60,793 nucleotides of DNA from an uncultured Rhodobacterales bacterium (GCA_964502335.1 CAZCWO010000001.1:1-60793), one strand, 5' to 3'; shown: positions 35,680 to 45,168, counted from the stretch's first letter. A program made the numbers and translations. Notes: a model not told the origin generated them from the sequence alone.

Positions 35680-36735
35680 ATGCTCAAGACACTTAAAACT
35701 GCGGCACTTGCCGCAACACTATTTTTCACTGGAGCCATAGCAAACGCAGAGGTTAATCTTACTGCTCATACTTCTGGGACTGGCACGGCGGTTCAAATCA
35801 ATGTGACAGCATTAGGTGAATTTGCCGCTGATCGTGGTATCGCAAACATTCAAATAAAGGACGGACAGACTGGAAGCAAATATAACGTGGCTTTGGCTGA
35901 AGGAAAAATTGACATCGCAAGTCTCCCGTTTGTATTACCATTCGTTTTATCAAAAGCTGTTGGACCTTATTCCAAACTTGACAAAGAGGAGGCTGCTGAA
36001 CTTGCCTCAAATATACGGTTACTTTACCCATTCACTTTAAGTATATTCACGTTGTATGCCTATGATGCCAAGGGTATAAACGGTTTTGACGGCTTGAAAG
36101 GACGCAAGATTTTAAACGGCCCGCCAAGAGGTACCGCTTCTCTTAACTCCCGTAGCCTTATTCAGCTTATGTCTGGTTTGAAGGCGGATGAAGATTATGA
36201 ATCGGTCACAGTCAACTGGAACCAGATGCCTGCAGCGATCATTGATGGAACAGTAGATGCTGTTCTTGTTCCTGCAATGTTTCCTGGTCCTAGGGTCACC
36301 CGAGCCAGTGCAGCTGGTGCAATGACCATGTGGTCAATGCCTAAGGATACCTTTGAGGCAGAAGCTTCACAAAAGTTTCTCAATAAACCTGGTTCTACAC
36401 CGTATATTGTTCCACTAGCAGATATTCAAGCCGCTATGGGATCCGGTTGGACGATCATTTCAGAAGATGATAAGTTCCGAGGAAAGGCGGTTCCAGGTGG
36501 TGACATGGTCAACAAGAGTATGGACGAAGAGTTGGCCTATCAACTCACCATGGCGCACATCGAGAACATCGATAGCATAAAAAAGTTAGCACCTTTTATG
36601 AAAACCTTAAACTTTGGAGTGATGGATCGCAGTGTTCATGGTCTCTGTGGCGCAAACAAAGTAAAATTTCATCCAGGAGCTGTGAGGGCTTGGGAGGAAT
36701 CTGGTTACAAAGTTCCAGACTGTGCCAAGCCGTAA
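35680..36735 (+). CDS. TAXI-family TRAP transporter solute-binding protein
   Basis: The ORF is open from 35590. The ATG at 35680 follows GGAGG by 7 nt and gives the signal peptide MLKTLKTAALAATLFFTGAIANA. The mature part is TAXI/NMT1-like. Confidence 0.75.
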   Translation: MLKTLKTAALAATLFFTGAIANAEVNLTAHTSGTGTAVQINVTALGEFAADRGIANIQIKDGQTGSKYNVALAEGKIDIASLPFVLPFVLSKAVGPYSKLDKEEAAELASNIRLLYPFTLSIFTLYAYDAKGINGFDGLKGRKILNGPPRGTASLNSRSLIQLMSGLKADEDYESVTVNWNQMPAAIIDGTVDAVLVPAMFPGPRVTRASAAGAMTMWSMPKDTFEAEASQKFLNKPGSTPYIVPLADIQAAMGSGWTIISEDDKFRGKAVPGGDMVNKSMDEELAYQLTMAHIENIDSIKKLAPFMKTLNFGVMDRSVHGLCGANKVKFHPGAVRAWEESGYKVPDCAKP

Positions 36736-36757
36736 TTATGACTTGAATTACTTTGAT

Positions 36758-36779
36758 GGGCGACTGAATGATGTCGCCC
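36758..36779 (+). terminator. intra-operon stem-loop (attenuator/terminator candidate) between the TAXI binding protein and the permease
   Basis: GGGCGAC (36758-36764), an 8-nt loop, then GTCGCCC (36773-36779), followed by ACTGTTTATGTT. It lies 23 nt after the SBP stop. Confidence 0.45.
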
Positions 36780-36827
36780 ACTGTTTATGTTGATCCTTGT
36801 TAGAAAATACTAAAGAATCATACTACA

Positions 36828-39182
36828 ATGAACAACCAAAAGAAAAACCAAACGAGGTCAAAAGATGATGACAGTGTTTTTATAGATCAGGTAGCGTATT
36901 GGTTGGCGCTACTGCTTGTCTTAGTCGGTCTTATTAACATAACTCCAGCAATTCCTGGTTGGGATGATCTCTGGAAAAATTTGACTGGGAATGACTTTTT
37001 CAAAATTAGGCGATATCCAACAGAATGGTTTTATCCCATCACATTTTTCTGGATGATGATGATTGTCGCACTAAAACAGTCAATGTGGAGAAGTTGGATT
37101 AAAAAAAATCCTATTATTAGAGGGTTGGGATTGTTGTTTGATATTGCATTGCTAATAGCTGCTGCTGCGATAGCATTAACTTACCTGATAGAAATTGAAG
37201 CAATTTGCCTCATCGATGTTTTTACTGGCGACAGAGAACGATTAGTAGCGAAAGCCTTGCAAGCTGAAATTGAATTTGCCGAGTTATATAGCCTACCTAT
37301 TCCGACCACAGCAGATGATCCAAGTTGCCAGAATACAACACAAAACTGGTTACTGCCCATCATGTTTGGTGCGGTTTTTATTTTTCTGGGTTACAATATC
37401 AAGGTATGGGGGTTTCCTTTAGTCATGGTATCGCTTCTAATCGCAACCTACACATTTGTCACGGTAATGAACTGGTATTTCTTTGGTACCGATCAAAACA
37501 AATATCTCGTTACGATCCTTAGTAGTGAAGAAGTTAGAACCCTTGGATCAGGTCGGGAGTTTGTATTGGACGCACTTATAAATCAAAATGCAGGATTATT
37601 GGGTCGTTTTATAAATATATTAATGCTGTTGGTATTTCCGTATATCATTTTGGGCGCCTTGTTTGGTCGTTGCGCTGGAGGGCAGGCGTTAATCAAACTG
37701 GCATTTATGTTGACACGAAAGTTAAGAGGTGGCCCAGCCCACGCCGCGATTGTATCTTCAGCACTCTTTGGCACTATAACGGGCGGTCCGGTTGTAAACG
37801 TTTTGTCAACTGGTGTTCTCACTATACCAATGATGGTGAAGCGCGGATTTTCAAAAGTATTTGCGGGTGGTGTTGAGGCCGCTGCCTCTTCTGGAGGAGC
37901 AATTATGCCACCAATTATGGGTGTGGCTGCCTTCGTCATGGCCTCATTGACAGGCGTTCCCTATAGAGAAATTATAATTGCTGCCATAATCCCAGCACTT
38001 TTCTATTTCTTAAGCTTATTTCTGTCCGTTGTCTTCCAAGCCCGTAAGCAGAATATTCAACCTGTGGGGGAGTTAACAGATGGGATGCGGATGAACAATC
38101 AAGACCGTCTGCACATTCTGCAGATATTTGGGCCAGTACTTCTGGTACTGGTTCTGCTTTTAACTCCAAAGGATAACGTCGCTTGCAGCTGGTTTTCGGT
38201 CATGCTTGGTTCTGTAGTTCAAATGAATGGAGGTGTTTGCGAAGTTACATCCATGCCATGGATAGTTGAACTTTTACAAAACACGGCTGGTGATGCTGGT
38301 GCTGCAGGTTGGTGGGCAGTAATGTTACTACTTCTTTTAATGTTTATAGATCGAGATTTTCGAACAAAACCGAGTAAAATTATTGATGCTTTATCTAAGG
38401 CTGGTTTTACGATCTCGACTCTCTTTCTGATGTTTCTTGCGGTGACAGTGATCGATGTTTGTCTTAATTTTACTGGTCTTGCCAAATTTGTTGCTGTCGA
38501 CGTCCTTAGTTTTTTAAAATCATTTGATGTCTCAAGTAGCTCAGCCATATTCCAACTATTCGCCCTTTTCTTGACAATGCTTTTGGCTATCTTGCTTGGC
38601 ATGGGAATGCCAGCTGCACCAGCCTATATCAATGTCGCACTTCTAATGGGTCCTATGCTAGTTGGTTTGGGTCTTGCCACTTTCACTGCGCATATGTTTG
38701 TGTTCTACTTTGCGGTTGCTTCAGCCATAACGCCGCCTGTGGCACTGGCTGCATTTGCAGCAACAACCATTACTCACCAGGATCCTATAAAGACCGGTTT
38801 CTCAGCAGTTAAATCAGGCATAGTAATGTTCACAATTCCATTTGTGTTTGCAATTTATCCGGAACTTCTTTTGATCAACCCAGCAGTAGTAGATCCCACT
38901 TCGGGGGAGTTTTTAGTGGGCTATGATGGTAGCATTGATGCCGTTTGGCTGTTGTTCCTAATTGCTCGGCTTGTCATAGCTCTTTATCTTGTAGCGAGCG
39001 CACTTGCAGCTTTTGATAGGAAAGCGCTTGGTTCAATTGAAATTCTAGTTCGCCTTGTAGTTGCGACCCTAATCCTGGCCAAACCGATGGAGATATTTGC
39101 TCCTGCAATTGCACTTAGTTTGGTGGTAATTGGGATCCACATATTTCGCCAGAAAAACACAACCGCCTACTTAAAAATTTAA
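36828..39182 (+). CDS. TAXI-type TRAP transporter fused permease (DctQ-like + DctM-like, 4TM/12TM fusion)
   Basis: 784 aa and highly hydrophobic. It has a diagnostic stretch: GGPAHAAIVSSALFGTITGGPVVNVLSTGVLTIPMMVKRGFSKVFAGGVEAAASSGGAIMPPIMGVAAF. Confidence 0.9.
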   Translation: MNNQKKNQTRSKDDDSVFIDQVAYWLALLLVLVGLINITPAIPGWDDLWKNLTGNDFFKIRRYPTEWFYPITFFWMMMIVALKQSMWRSWIKKNPIIRGLGLLFDIALLIAAAAIALTYLIEIEAICLIDVFTGDRERLVAKALQAEIEFAELYSLPIPTTADDPSCQNTTQNWLLPIMFGAVFIFLGYNIKVWGFPLVMVSLLIATYTFVTVMNWYFFGTDQNKYLVTILSSEEVRTLGSGREFVLDALINQNAGLLGRFINILMLLVFPYIILGALFGRCAGGQALIKLAFMLTRKLRGGPAHAAIVSSALFGTITGGPVVNVLSTGVLTIPMMVKRGFSKVFAGGVEAAASSGGAIMPPIMGVAAFVMASLTGVPYREIIIAAIIPALFYFLSLFLSVVFQARKQNIQPVGELTDGMRMNNQDRLHILQIFGPVLLVLVLLLTPKDNVACSWFSVMLGSVVQMNGGVCEVTSMPWIVELLQNTAGDAGAAGWWAVMLLLLLMFIDRDFRTKPSKIIDALSKAGFTISTLFLMFLAVTVIDVCLNFTGLAKFVAVDVLSFLKSFDVSSSSAIFQLFALFLTMLLAILLGMGMPAAPAYINVALLMGPMLVGLGLATFTAHMFVFYFAVASAITPPVALAAFAATTITHQDPIKTGFSAVKSGIVMFTIPFVFAIYPELLLINPAVVDPTSGEFLVGYDGSIDAVWLLFLIARLVIALYLVASALAAFDRKALGSIEILVRLVVATLILAKPMEIFAPAIALSLVVIGIHIFRQKNTTAYLKI

Positions 39183-39229
39183 TTACAAATTCTAAAATTA
39201 TATCCTAATAGGATAAGTTGGATAGAAAA

Positions 39230-40813
39230 ATGACTAATCAACCAAACTACATACTCTTCATTACCGACCAACAGCGGTTTGATTATCTCGGATGCTATGG
39301 TCATAAGATTTTGCGAACACCAAACATCGATGAAATGGCGTCAGAGGGTGTGGCCTATGATCGGTTTTACGTAGCATCACCAGTCTGCATGCCCAATCGT
39401 GCTAGTCTTATGACTTGCCGAATACCGTCAAGTCATGGTGTTAGATCCCTTGGTATTCCTTTAGGACATCAACATGTGACTTTTGTTGAAATGTTACGTG
39501 CTGCGGGTTATGACACTGCCTTGATTGGGAAAAGCCATATCCAGAACGTGACAGATTGGCCCACTCAGTTCGAACCACGTGAATATAGAAGTGGCTTTAC
39601 AACACCGCCCGAAGATTTGAAGCAAGCTATTCGAGCCGATCTTGACAACTCTAGTTATCAATATGAACAACAACGGTTTTGGGAGAAAGATAATCCAAAA
39701 GTAGCAATACCGTTTTATGGGTTTGAACACTACAATTCTGTTTTACGGCATGGAGCTAACAGCGGTGGTGATTTTGAACTCTGGCTCAAGAAGAATGCCC
39801 CAGAAATATTGAACTTGCGTGGTCGCAAGAACCAACTTCCACACAATTACACTTGCCCCCAAGCTATCCGAACAAAGATTCCCGAAGAGTATTATTCAAC
39901 GAGATATATTGCCAATCGGGCAAGTGAGTGGATCGAAAACCGAAAAGATAGTTCACAGCCATTTTTTCTGATGGTTTCCTTCCCGGATCCTCACCACCCG
40001 TTTACCCCACCCGGTAAATATTGGGATATGTACAAACCAGAGGATATGCCAGTGCCAATAGCTTATAAAATTAATGATTGGGATCCACCAAAATATGTGA
40101 AAATAGCAGAACGAGAGAGAGCTCGCGACAACTCTTTGGGTCAATATGCAGGATATTCTGTCGCTGTATCAAAACAGGAATCGATTGAAGCTCGCGCTCT
40201 GACATGTGGAATGATTACTATGATTGACGATGCGATTGGGCAGGTCAGAGCAGCGGCATTTAGTGCTGGCGTCACCGAAACCACTGTTCAAATATTTACT
40301 TCAGATCATGGTGACCATCTAGGCGACCACCGTCTGTTGTTTAAAGGTGCTGAGCAATATGACACGCTCACTCATGTTCCGTTTATCTGGGCTGATCCCA
40401 AAGGAGTGCAAGGCAAAAGGAGTGATGAAATCGCTCAAACTCATGATATTGGGTCGACAATCCTTGAGCATGCAAAAATAGAAGCACCTGATGGCATGCA
40501 GGGCCAGGTCATGTCCGTTGCTGGTGGAAAACGGCGTGAAGCTGCGTTGATACAATACGACACGCAACGTACTCAAGAGGCTTTCGGGCAAGAGCCACGT
40601 GTTCATACCATTATTTACGACCACTGGCGTTTATCTCTCTACCGCGGTATTTGCAAGAATGAGTTATTCAACCTCAAAGATGATCCGGGAGAAATGTATA
40701 ACCTATGGGACAGTATCGCTCATTCTGTGACCAAGAGTCAGTTGATTGAGAAGTTGGCAGAACTGGAAATAAACGCAATTGATAGGGTTCCACTGCCAAC
40801 TGCTCAGGCCTGA
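39230..40813 (+). CDS. formylglycine-type sulfatase (Cys-type), no signal peptide
   Basis: It starts MTNQPNYILFITDQQRFDYLGCYGH and has the sulfatase signature SPVCMPNRASLMTCR (CxPxR) and ..FTSDHGDHLGDH... The ORF track starts at a TTG at 39218, but I prefer the ATG at 39230. Confidence 0.9.
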   Translation: MTNQPNYILFITDQQRFDYLGCYGHKILRTPNIDEMASEGVAYDRFYVASPVCMPNRASLMTCRIPSSHGVRSLGIPLGHQHVTFVEMLRAAGYDTALIGKSHIQNVTDWPTQFEPREYRSGFTTPPEDLKQAIRADLDNSSYQYEQQRFWEKDNPKVAIPFYGFEHYNSVLRHGANSGGDFELWLKKNAPEILNLRGRKNQLPHNYTCPQAIRTKIPEEYYSTRYIANRASEWIENRKDSSQPFFLMVSFPDPHHPFTPPGKYWDMYKPEDMPVPIAYKINDWDPPKYVKIAERERARDNSLGQYAGYSVAVSKQESIEARALTCGMITMIDDAIGQVRAAAFSAGVTETTVQIFTSDHGDHLGDHRLLFKGAEQYDTLTHVPFIWADPKGVQGKRSDEIAQTHDIGSTILEHAKIEAPDGMQGQVMSVAGGKRREAALIQYDTQRTQEAFGQEPRVHTIIYDHWRLSLYRGICKNELFNLKDDPGEMYNLWDSIAHSVTKSQLIEKLAELEINAIDRVPLPTAQA

Positions 40814-40824
40814 CAATAGGTGAA

Positions 40825-42102
40825 TTAACTATTTTCCTGTTCTAACTCTTTTGCGCATTGAATATAGTAATGCCTTGTAGGGCAGTTGATTTGACTAACG
40901 GCATGCTCTCTTAGAATTTTGGCTTTAATTTTTTTGGTACTTTGGGCTTCTTGGTCAGAAAAAATCAACCTATCAACAAGTTGTAATGCCCATTGATAGT
41001 CTTTATCTGATCTAGCCTTCTGTACTTCGGCCATAACGATTTCCGGGCCTCCGGCAAGCTTAATGAACCTCTCCGCCTCTTCCCTTTGGGACAACCGACC
41101 AAGTGATGTCGGGTTGCCATCGAACCACCCCATAGTTCCAACGAAATATGCACGTACCGCATAATCAATACGCCCATAATATTCTCGTAAATATGATTTT
41201 TTAGCTAGTTTGGAGGGCAATTTCACACTATGTGCGAGCTCATCGATGGTAAGACCCGCATCCATTCCATTGCGCGTTTCATCTATCACGTGACGAATGG
41301 CGTCACGGTAGTCGGTCAATATTTCTGTGATAGTTTCTGCACCAAAAAGCGCCTCGGTATGGCCAGGTGCCAGTATCTCTGGTTCAAACGACATAAGAAG
41401 ATCCATTGTGTCAGCCCAGGTGTCAAAATCCCTATATTCAGTCCCACGTATGGCGTAAAGATTTGGGAAAGACCTGTAAAAATTATCTCCGCTGATCAAT
41501 AGTTTTTTTTCAGGGTACCAAACAACCATGTGATCAGGAGTTTCGCCGGGCGCCATTACTAATTCAAGATCAATCCCACAGATCTTTAGCTTTTCACCCT
41601 CCTCTCCAATCTGCCGTGTCGGGGCCAGAGCCCCTGCACCCATTCCTTTCATTGGCCGATCACCAGGTCCTATACCAATGCCAATGATCTCCTCAGGGTA
41701 AGATAGGCCAATGCCAAATTGACGCTTGGTTCTTAACTGCATTGCTTTGGCTGGGCGTGGGTGAGCGGTCGCGACAATTAAAGAGTCTTCGGAGGATTTA
41801 TTGCTCGCCAGAATCTCTGGGTTGCAACCGTCGGCAAAAACGCTTGCTCCTGATACGTGATCGCGATGTGAATGCGTGAGAATGATGGCCTTAACGGGTA
41901 GATCCGTGATTTTTCGAAATTCAGTCAAAATATTTTGTGCCGCAGCGGTTGTCTCCGTCGTATCGACGATTATTATACCGTCAGCTCCAACCAACATGTA
42001 TACATTTGAGGCTGCAAACCCAAAAGCTTGATAGACGTTATCTACAAGTTGAACAACTTTTTTTTGAAAGTATTTTGGGTGTGTTTTTAGTTCTGGATGC
42101 AT
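40825..42102 (-). CDS. metallo-beta-lactamase-fold alkyl/aryl-sulfatase (SdsA1/BDS1-like), lacking the C-terminal SCP2-like domain
   Basis: It has ILTHSHRDHVSGA (HxHxDH) and an alkyl-sulfatase dimerisation-domain pattern, GWFDGNPTSLGRLSQREEAERFIKLAGG..DYQWALQLVDRLIF. The ATG at 42102 is preceded by AGGGAGA. The ORF track's TTG at 42177 is probably an over-extension. Confidence 0.85.
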   Translation of the reverse strand: MHPELKTHPKYFQKKVVQLVDNVYQAFGFAASNVYMLVGADGIIIVDTTETTAAAQNILTEFRKITDLPVKAIILTHSHRDHVSGASVFADGCNPEILASNKSSEDSLIVATAHPRPAKAMQLRTKRQFGIGLSYPEEIIGIGIGPGDRPMKGMGAGALAPTRQIGEEGEKLKICGIDLELVMAPGETPDHMVVWYPEKKLLISGDNFYRSFPNLYAIRGTEYRDFDTWADTMDLLMSFEPEILAPGHTEALFGAETITEILTDYRDAIRHVIDETRNGMDAGLTIDELAHSVKLPSKLAKKSYLREYYGRIDYAVRAYFVGTMGWFDGNPTSLGRLSQREEAERFIKLAGGPEIVMAEVQKARSDKDYQWALQLVDRLIFSDQEAQSTKKIKAKILREHAVSQINCPTRHYYIQCAKELEQENS

Positions 42103-42281
42103 CTGTATTCTCCCTTTAAAATGATAGGCAGTCGGGTACTCAGTAATAGTTGTTTCCTGGATCCTGTATTGCTTCAAATTAAATCTTTGTAATCCATTGG
42201 ATTATGGCATCACAGAATTGGGTTTCTAAGAAAAGATTTTTACTGCCCACACTTTGTTATATTAATATTTATTTTTATCTA

Positions 42282-42359
42282 TTTGGGATCCTGAACGCAA
42301 GAAAAATTAACAATATTGAAAATTTTTACCTTGAGTTATTGCGTTGGGATCCCAATAAT
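42282..42359. promoter_or_regulatory. GGATCCCA-type operator sites and a sigma70-like promoter in the divergent sulfatase intergenic region
   Basis: The sites are TGGGATCC (42284-42291) and the perfect 12-bp palindrome TTGGGATCCCAA (42344-42355). The palindrome lies inside TTGAGT (42331-42336) - 17 nt - AATAAT (42354-42359), which faces the sulfatase gene at 42444. Confidence 0.5.
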
Positions 42360-42443
42360 GCAATATTGTCATAGTGCTGAACTTTTGTTTTACAAACTAG
42401 GTAAACTTATTAAATAATGAGTTCATGTAGATCTTGAGGGAAT

Positions 42444-44090
42444 ATGGGACGCAAAAACATACTTTTCATTATGTGCGATCAGCTTAGATTTGATTACTTA
42501 GGTTGCTCAGGGCACCCGAGCATAAAGACACCCAACATTGACTCATTAGCAGCACGTGGCGTTAGGTTTAGTAACGCATATTGCCAATCGCCGATCTGTG
42601 GTCCATCGCGAATGAGCGCTTACACGGGGCGATATGTGTCCTCACACGGTTCTTCTTCTAATTTTGCACCACTCCGCGTTGGTGAAAAGAACATTGGACA
42701 TTATTTGAACCCGCTCGGTGTACGGACCATTTTAGTAGGCAAAACCCATATGGTTGCCGATAAAGAGGGCATGCAAAGACTAGGTGTGGATCCAAAAAGT
42801 GACATCGGGGTTCACCACGCTCAAGCTGGATTTGAGGCCTATGAACGAGACGATGGGGTGCACCCTGATTCAATGGTCAATCCCGAACTTGCTTATAATA
42901 AATACCTGAAATCAAAGGGATATACCGAGGATGATAATCCTTGGCATTGGGCGGCCAATTCTGTTGATACCGAGAGAGGAGTTCGATCGGGGTTCTTTAA
43001 TGATCGAGTTGGTTTACCTGCCAGAGTTTCTGATGAAAACTCTGAAACACCTTATATTACTCGGCGCGCAATAGATTTTCTGTCTGAAGATGACAGTGAA
43101 GCTCCGTGGCTATTACACCTTTCCTTCATCAAACCACACTGGCCATACGTTGCGCCTGCTCCATACAACAACATGTATTCTGTGAATGACATAATCCCAG
43201 CAATCAAATCTGAATCTGAATTGAAAAATACGAATCAACTTATGAAACATTTCATGGATCGGGTTGCTGGAAAAACTTTTGGAAAGGAGGCTACTCGAGA
43301 AACTGTAATTCCAGTCTATATGGGACTTATTTCCCAGATTGATGATCAGCTTGGGATTTTGTTTGATTTCATGGATAAAAATGGTTTGCTAGAAAACACC
43401 TTGATTGTTTTCACATCTGATCATGGAGACTATCTTGGTGATCATTGGATGGGTGATAAGGATTATTTTCATAATCCAGCTGTTAAAATTCCCTTAATTA
43501 TAGTGGATCCAAGTGAAGCGGCAAATAGGACAAGAGGATCTGTGGATACGTCGTTGGTCGAGTTGATCGATTTAATCCCTACTTTTGTTGAATTTGCGGG
43601 TGGCGCTATTGCAGATCATATCTTGGACGGTCGGTCGTTAATGAAAAAAATTCTAGGCGCAGAGCACGACTGGCGAAATTATGTTATTAGTGAATATGAT
43701 TACTCTACCCAGGTTTTTCGTCCTGAAACTGGAAGAACGCCTCTCAACTGCCGATCCTACATGATTGCAAATGAAAATTGGAAATACATATTTGCCCCGG
43801 GGTATCCGCCTGTGCTCTTCGATCTTATAGGCGATCCTGATGAATTGAACGATCTTGGCCGTAGTCCGGAGTATACGGATATTCGTCGTTTAATGTTTAA
43901 CCAACTAGCTGAATGGTCATTACAATACCGGCAACGCGAAACTTGGTCAGAAGAACATAATATTCACATGACCGGGATGGAAGAGCAACTAGGAGTCCTC
44001 ATAGGTTATTGGGATGAAAAAAGTGCGGAGGGCAAAAATCCAAAAATACTACCTAAGCGAAAACCATTAAAGGCAACACGAACAGACTAA
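42444..44090 (+). CDS. formylglycine-type sulfatase (Cys-type), no signal peptide, second copy
   Basis: It starts MGRKNILFIMCDQLRFDYLGCSGH and has the signature SPICGPSRMSAYTGR (CxPxRxxxxTG) and ..FTSDHGDYLGDH... Confidence 0.9.
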   Translation: MGRKNILFIMCDQLRFDYLGCSGHPSIKTPNIDSLAARGVRFSNAYCQSPICGPSRMSAYTGRYVSSHGSSSNFAPLRVGEKNIGHYLNPLGVRTILVGKTHMVADKEGMQRLGVDPKSDIGVHHAQAGFEAYERDDGVHPDSMVNPELAYNKYLKSKGYTEDDNPWHWAANSVDTERGVRSGFFNDRVGLPARVSDENSETPYITRRAIDFLSEDDSEAPWLLHLSFIKPHWPYVAPAPYNNMYSVNDIIPAIKSESELKNTNQLMKHFMDRVAGKTFGKEATRETVIPVYMGLISQIDDQLGILFDFMDKNGLLENTLIVFTSDHGDYLGDHWMGDKDYFHNPAVKIPLIIVDPSEAANRTRGSVDTSLVELIDLIPTFVEFAGGAIADHILDGRSLMKKILGAEHDWRNYVISEYDYSTQVFRPETGRTPLNCRSYMIANENWKYIFAPGYPPVLFDLIGDPDELNDLGRSPEYTDIRRLMFNQLAEWSLQYRQRETWSEEHNIHMTGMEEQLGVLIGYWDEKSAEGKNPKILPKRKPLKATRTD

Positions 44091-44198
44091 AATAACTGAT
44101 TAAATCAATTTGACCTAAGAATGGTTGAATTTAAAATTAGATTTGGAATCAAAGCAACAAGATGCTTTCTCCAATTTAAGCAAAAATTGTGGTTAGTT

Positions 44199-44969
44199 TT
44201 AGGGTTCTTTGGTGGGGTTGCGATTTACAAGCTCAAACCCAGAATAACTGATTAAATCTGTTAGGCTTAGTTCTTCATGCCTCTCTTCAAATAGCTCAAT
44301 ATATTCGATTATAATGTTTAAATGTTCCCGCATCACACCTTCTGCACGAACTCCATCCCCTGCTCGGATCGCCTCATAAATCACCTTGTGCTGGGCGTTG
44401 CCTAGTCTCAACCGGAATAGGGTGCGCTCAATGCCTTTTTTTGTTCCGATAGTGGTTCGGTCAAAAGCCATTGAACCGACCGCAAGCATTGGAAGATAGT
44501 TAATTTGTTTGCAAGTGAAGTCGACAAAGTCATTGCCACAACCATCAAGGATAGTTTGGTGGAACACAGCATTTGCTTGTTGTAAATTTCTAATAGACGT
44601 ATCATCCAATACTCCTATATTTAAGAAGCGCTCAATTGTGTCTATAGCAGTTTTTAGATTCGGGAGAAAATTGACGCGAACAGATGACTGAGCCATAAGC
44701 CGTGCTGCAAGACTTTCTAAATGACCGAGAACCAATACAGCTTGTTTGACATCAGAAACGGTTGGGCTTTTTACAAAATAACCACGACCTTTGCCACGCA
44801 GAATAACACCTTCTCTCACTAGTAATCGGATAGCAAGTCGGACAGGAGTGCGCGAAACACCGTAGAAATCACAAAGCTGAGCTTCTGAGAGACGCTCGCC
44901 CGCCGAATGGGCGCCAACCAAAATGTCGTGCCGTATCTTGTCAGCCAGTTCAGTATCAATCGATTTCAT
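44199..44969 (-). CDS. GntR-family transcriptional regulator (FCD subfamily)
   Basis: It has an HTH region ..LCDFYGVSRTPVRLAIRLLVREGVILRGKGRGYFV.. and a helical C-terminal domain. Confidence 0.9.
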   Translation of the reverse strand: MKSIDTELADKIRHDILVGAHSAGERLSEAQLCDFYGVSRTPVRLAIRLLVREGVILRGKGRGYFVKSPTVSDVKQAVLVLGHLESLAARLMAQSSVRVNFLPNLKTAIDTIERFLNIGVLDDTSIRNLQQANAVFHQTILDGCGNDFVDFTCKQINYLPMLAVGSMAFDRTTIGTKKGIERTLFRLRLGNAQHKVIYEAIRAGDGVRAEGVMREHLNIIIEYIELFEERHEELSLTDLISYSGFELVNRNPTKEP

Positions 44970-44985
44970 GACCCTAATGTTAATA

Positions 44986-45133
44986 AATGGGATCCCAAAG
45001 TCAACATAAACTAAGAAATTATGAAATTATTAACATAATAGCTTGCAATGGGATCCCAATTATGGAATCAGTTATTGTGTAACCTTATTAATAAGACTGC
45101 TTTGGTTCTCAAATAATTTTTTAGGATCCCAAA
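44986..45133. promoter_or_regulatory. three GGATCCCA-type palindromic sites in the GntR/GST divergent promoter region
   Basis: The sites are TGGGATCCCA (44988-44997, 19 nt upstream of the GntR ATG), TGGGATCCCA (45049-45058) and TAGGATCCCAAAA (core 45124-45131). Confidence 0.55.
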
Positions 45134-45168
45134 AAGTCAAATATGTGGAGCAATCAAGGGAGACAGAT

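Noticed and set aside
40079-40087. An intragenic TGGGATCCA inside the first sulfatase gene, considered as a further operator.
   Set aside because: It simply encodes W-D-P in frame, deep inside a coding region with no nearby promoter context. It is probably coincidental. The copy at 39131-39139 is kept as a possibility because of its position just upstream of a gene start.
45043-45168. Long N-terminal extensions offered by the ORF track. These are 45043 for the first GST, 35590 for the TAXI protein, 53478 for ligK, 49346 for ligA, 6117 for the ABC binding protein, 42177 for the MBL sulfatase and 47397 for the second GST.
   Set aside because: Internal ATG codons preceded by good Shine-Dalgarno sequences give canonical N-termini or signal peptides. 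The extensions run through operator sites or the preceding gene.
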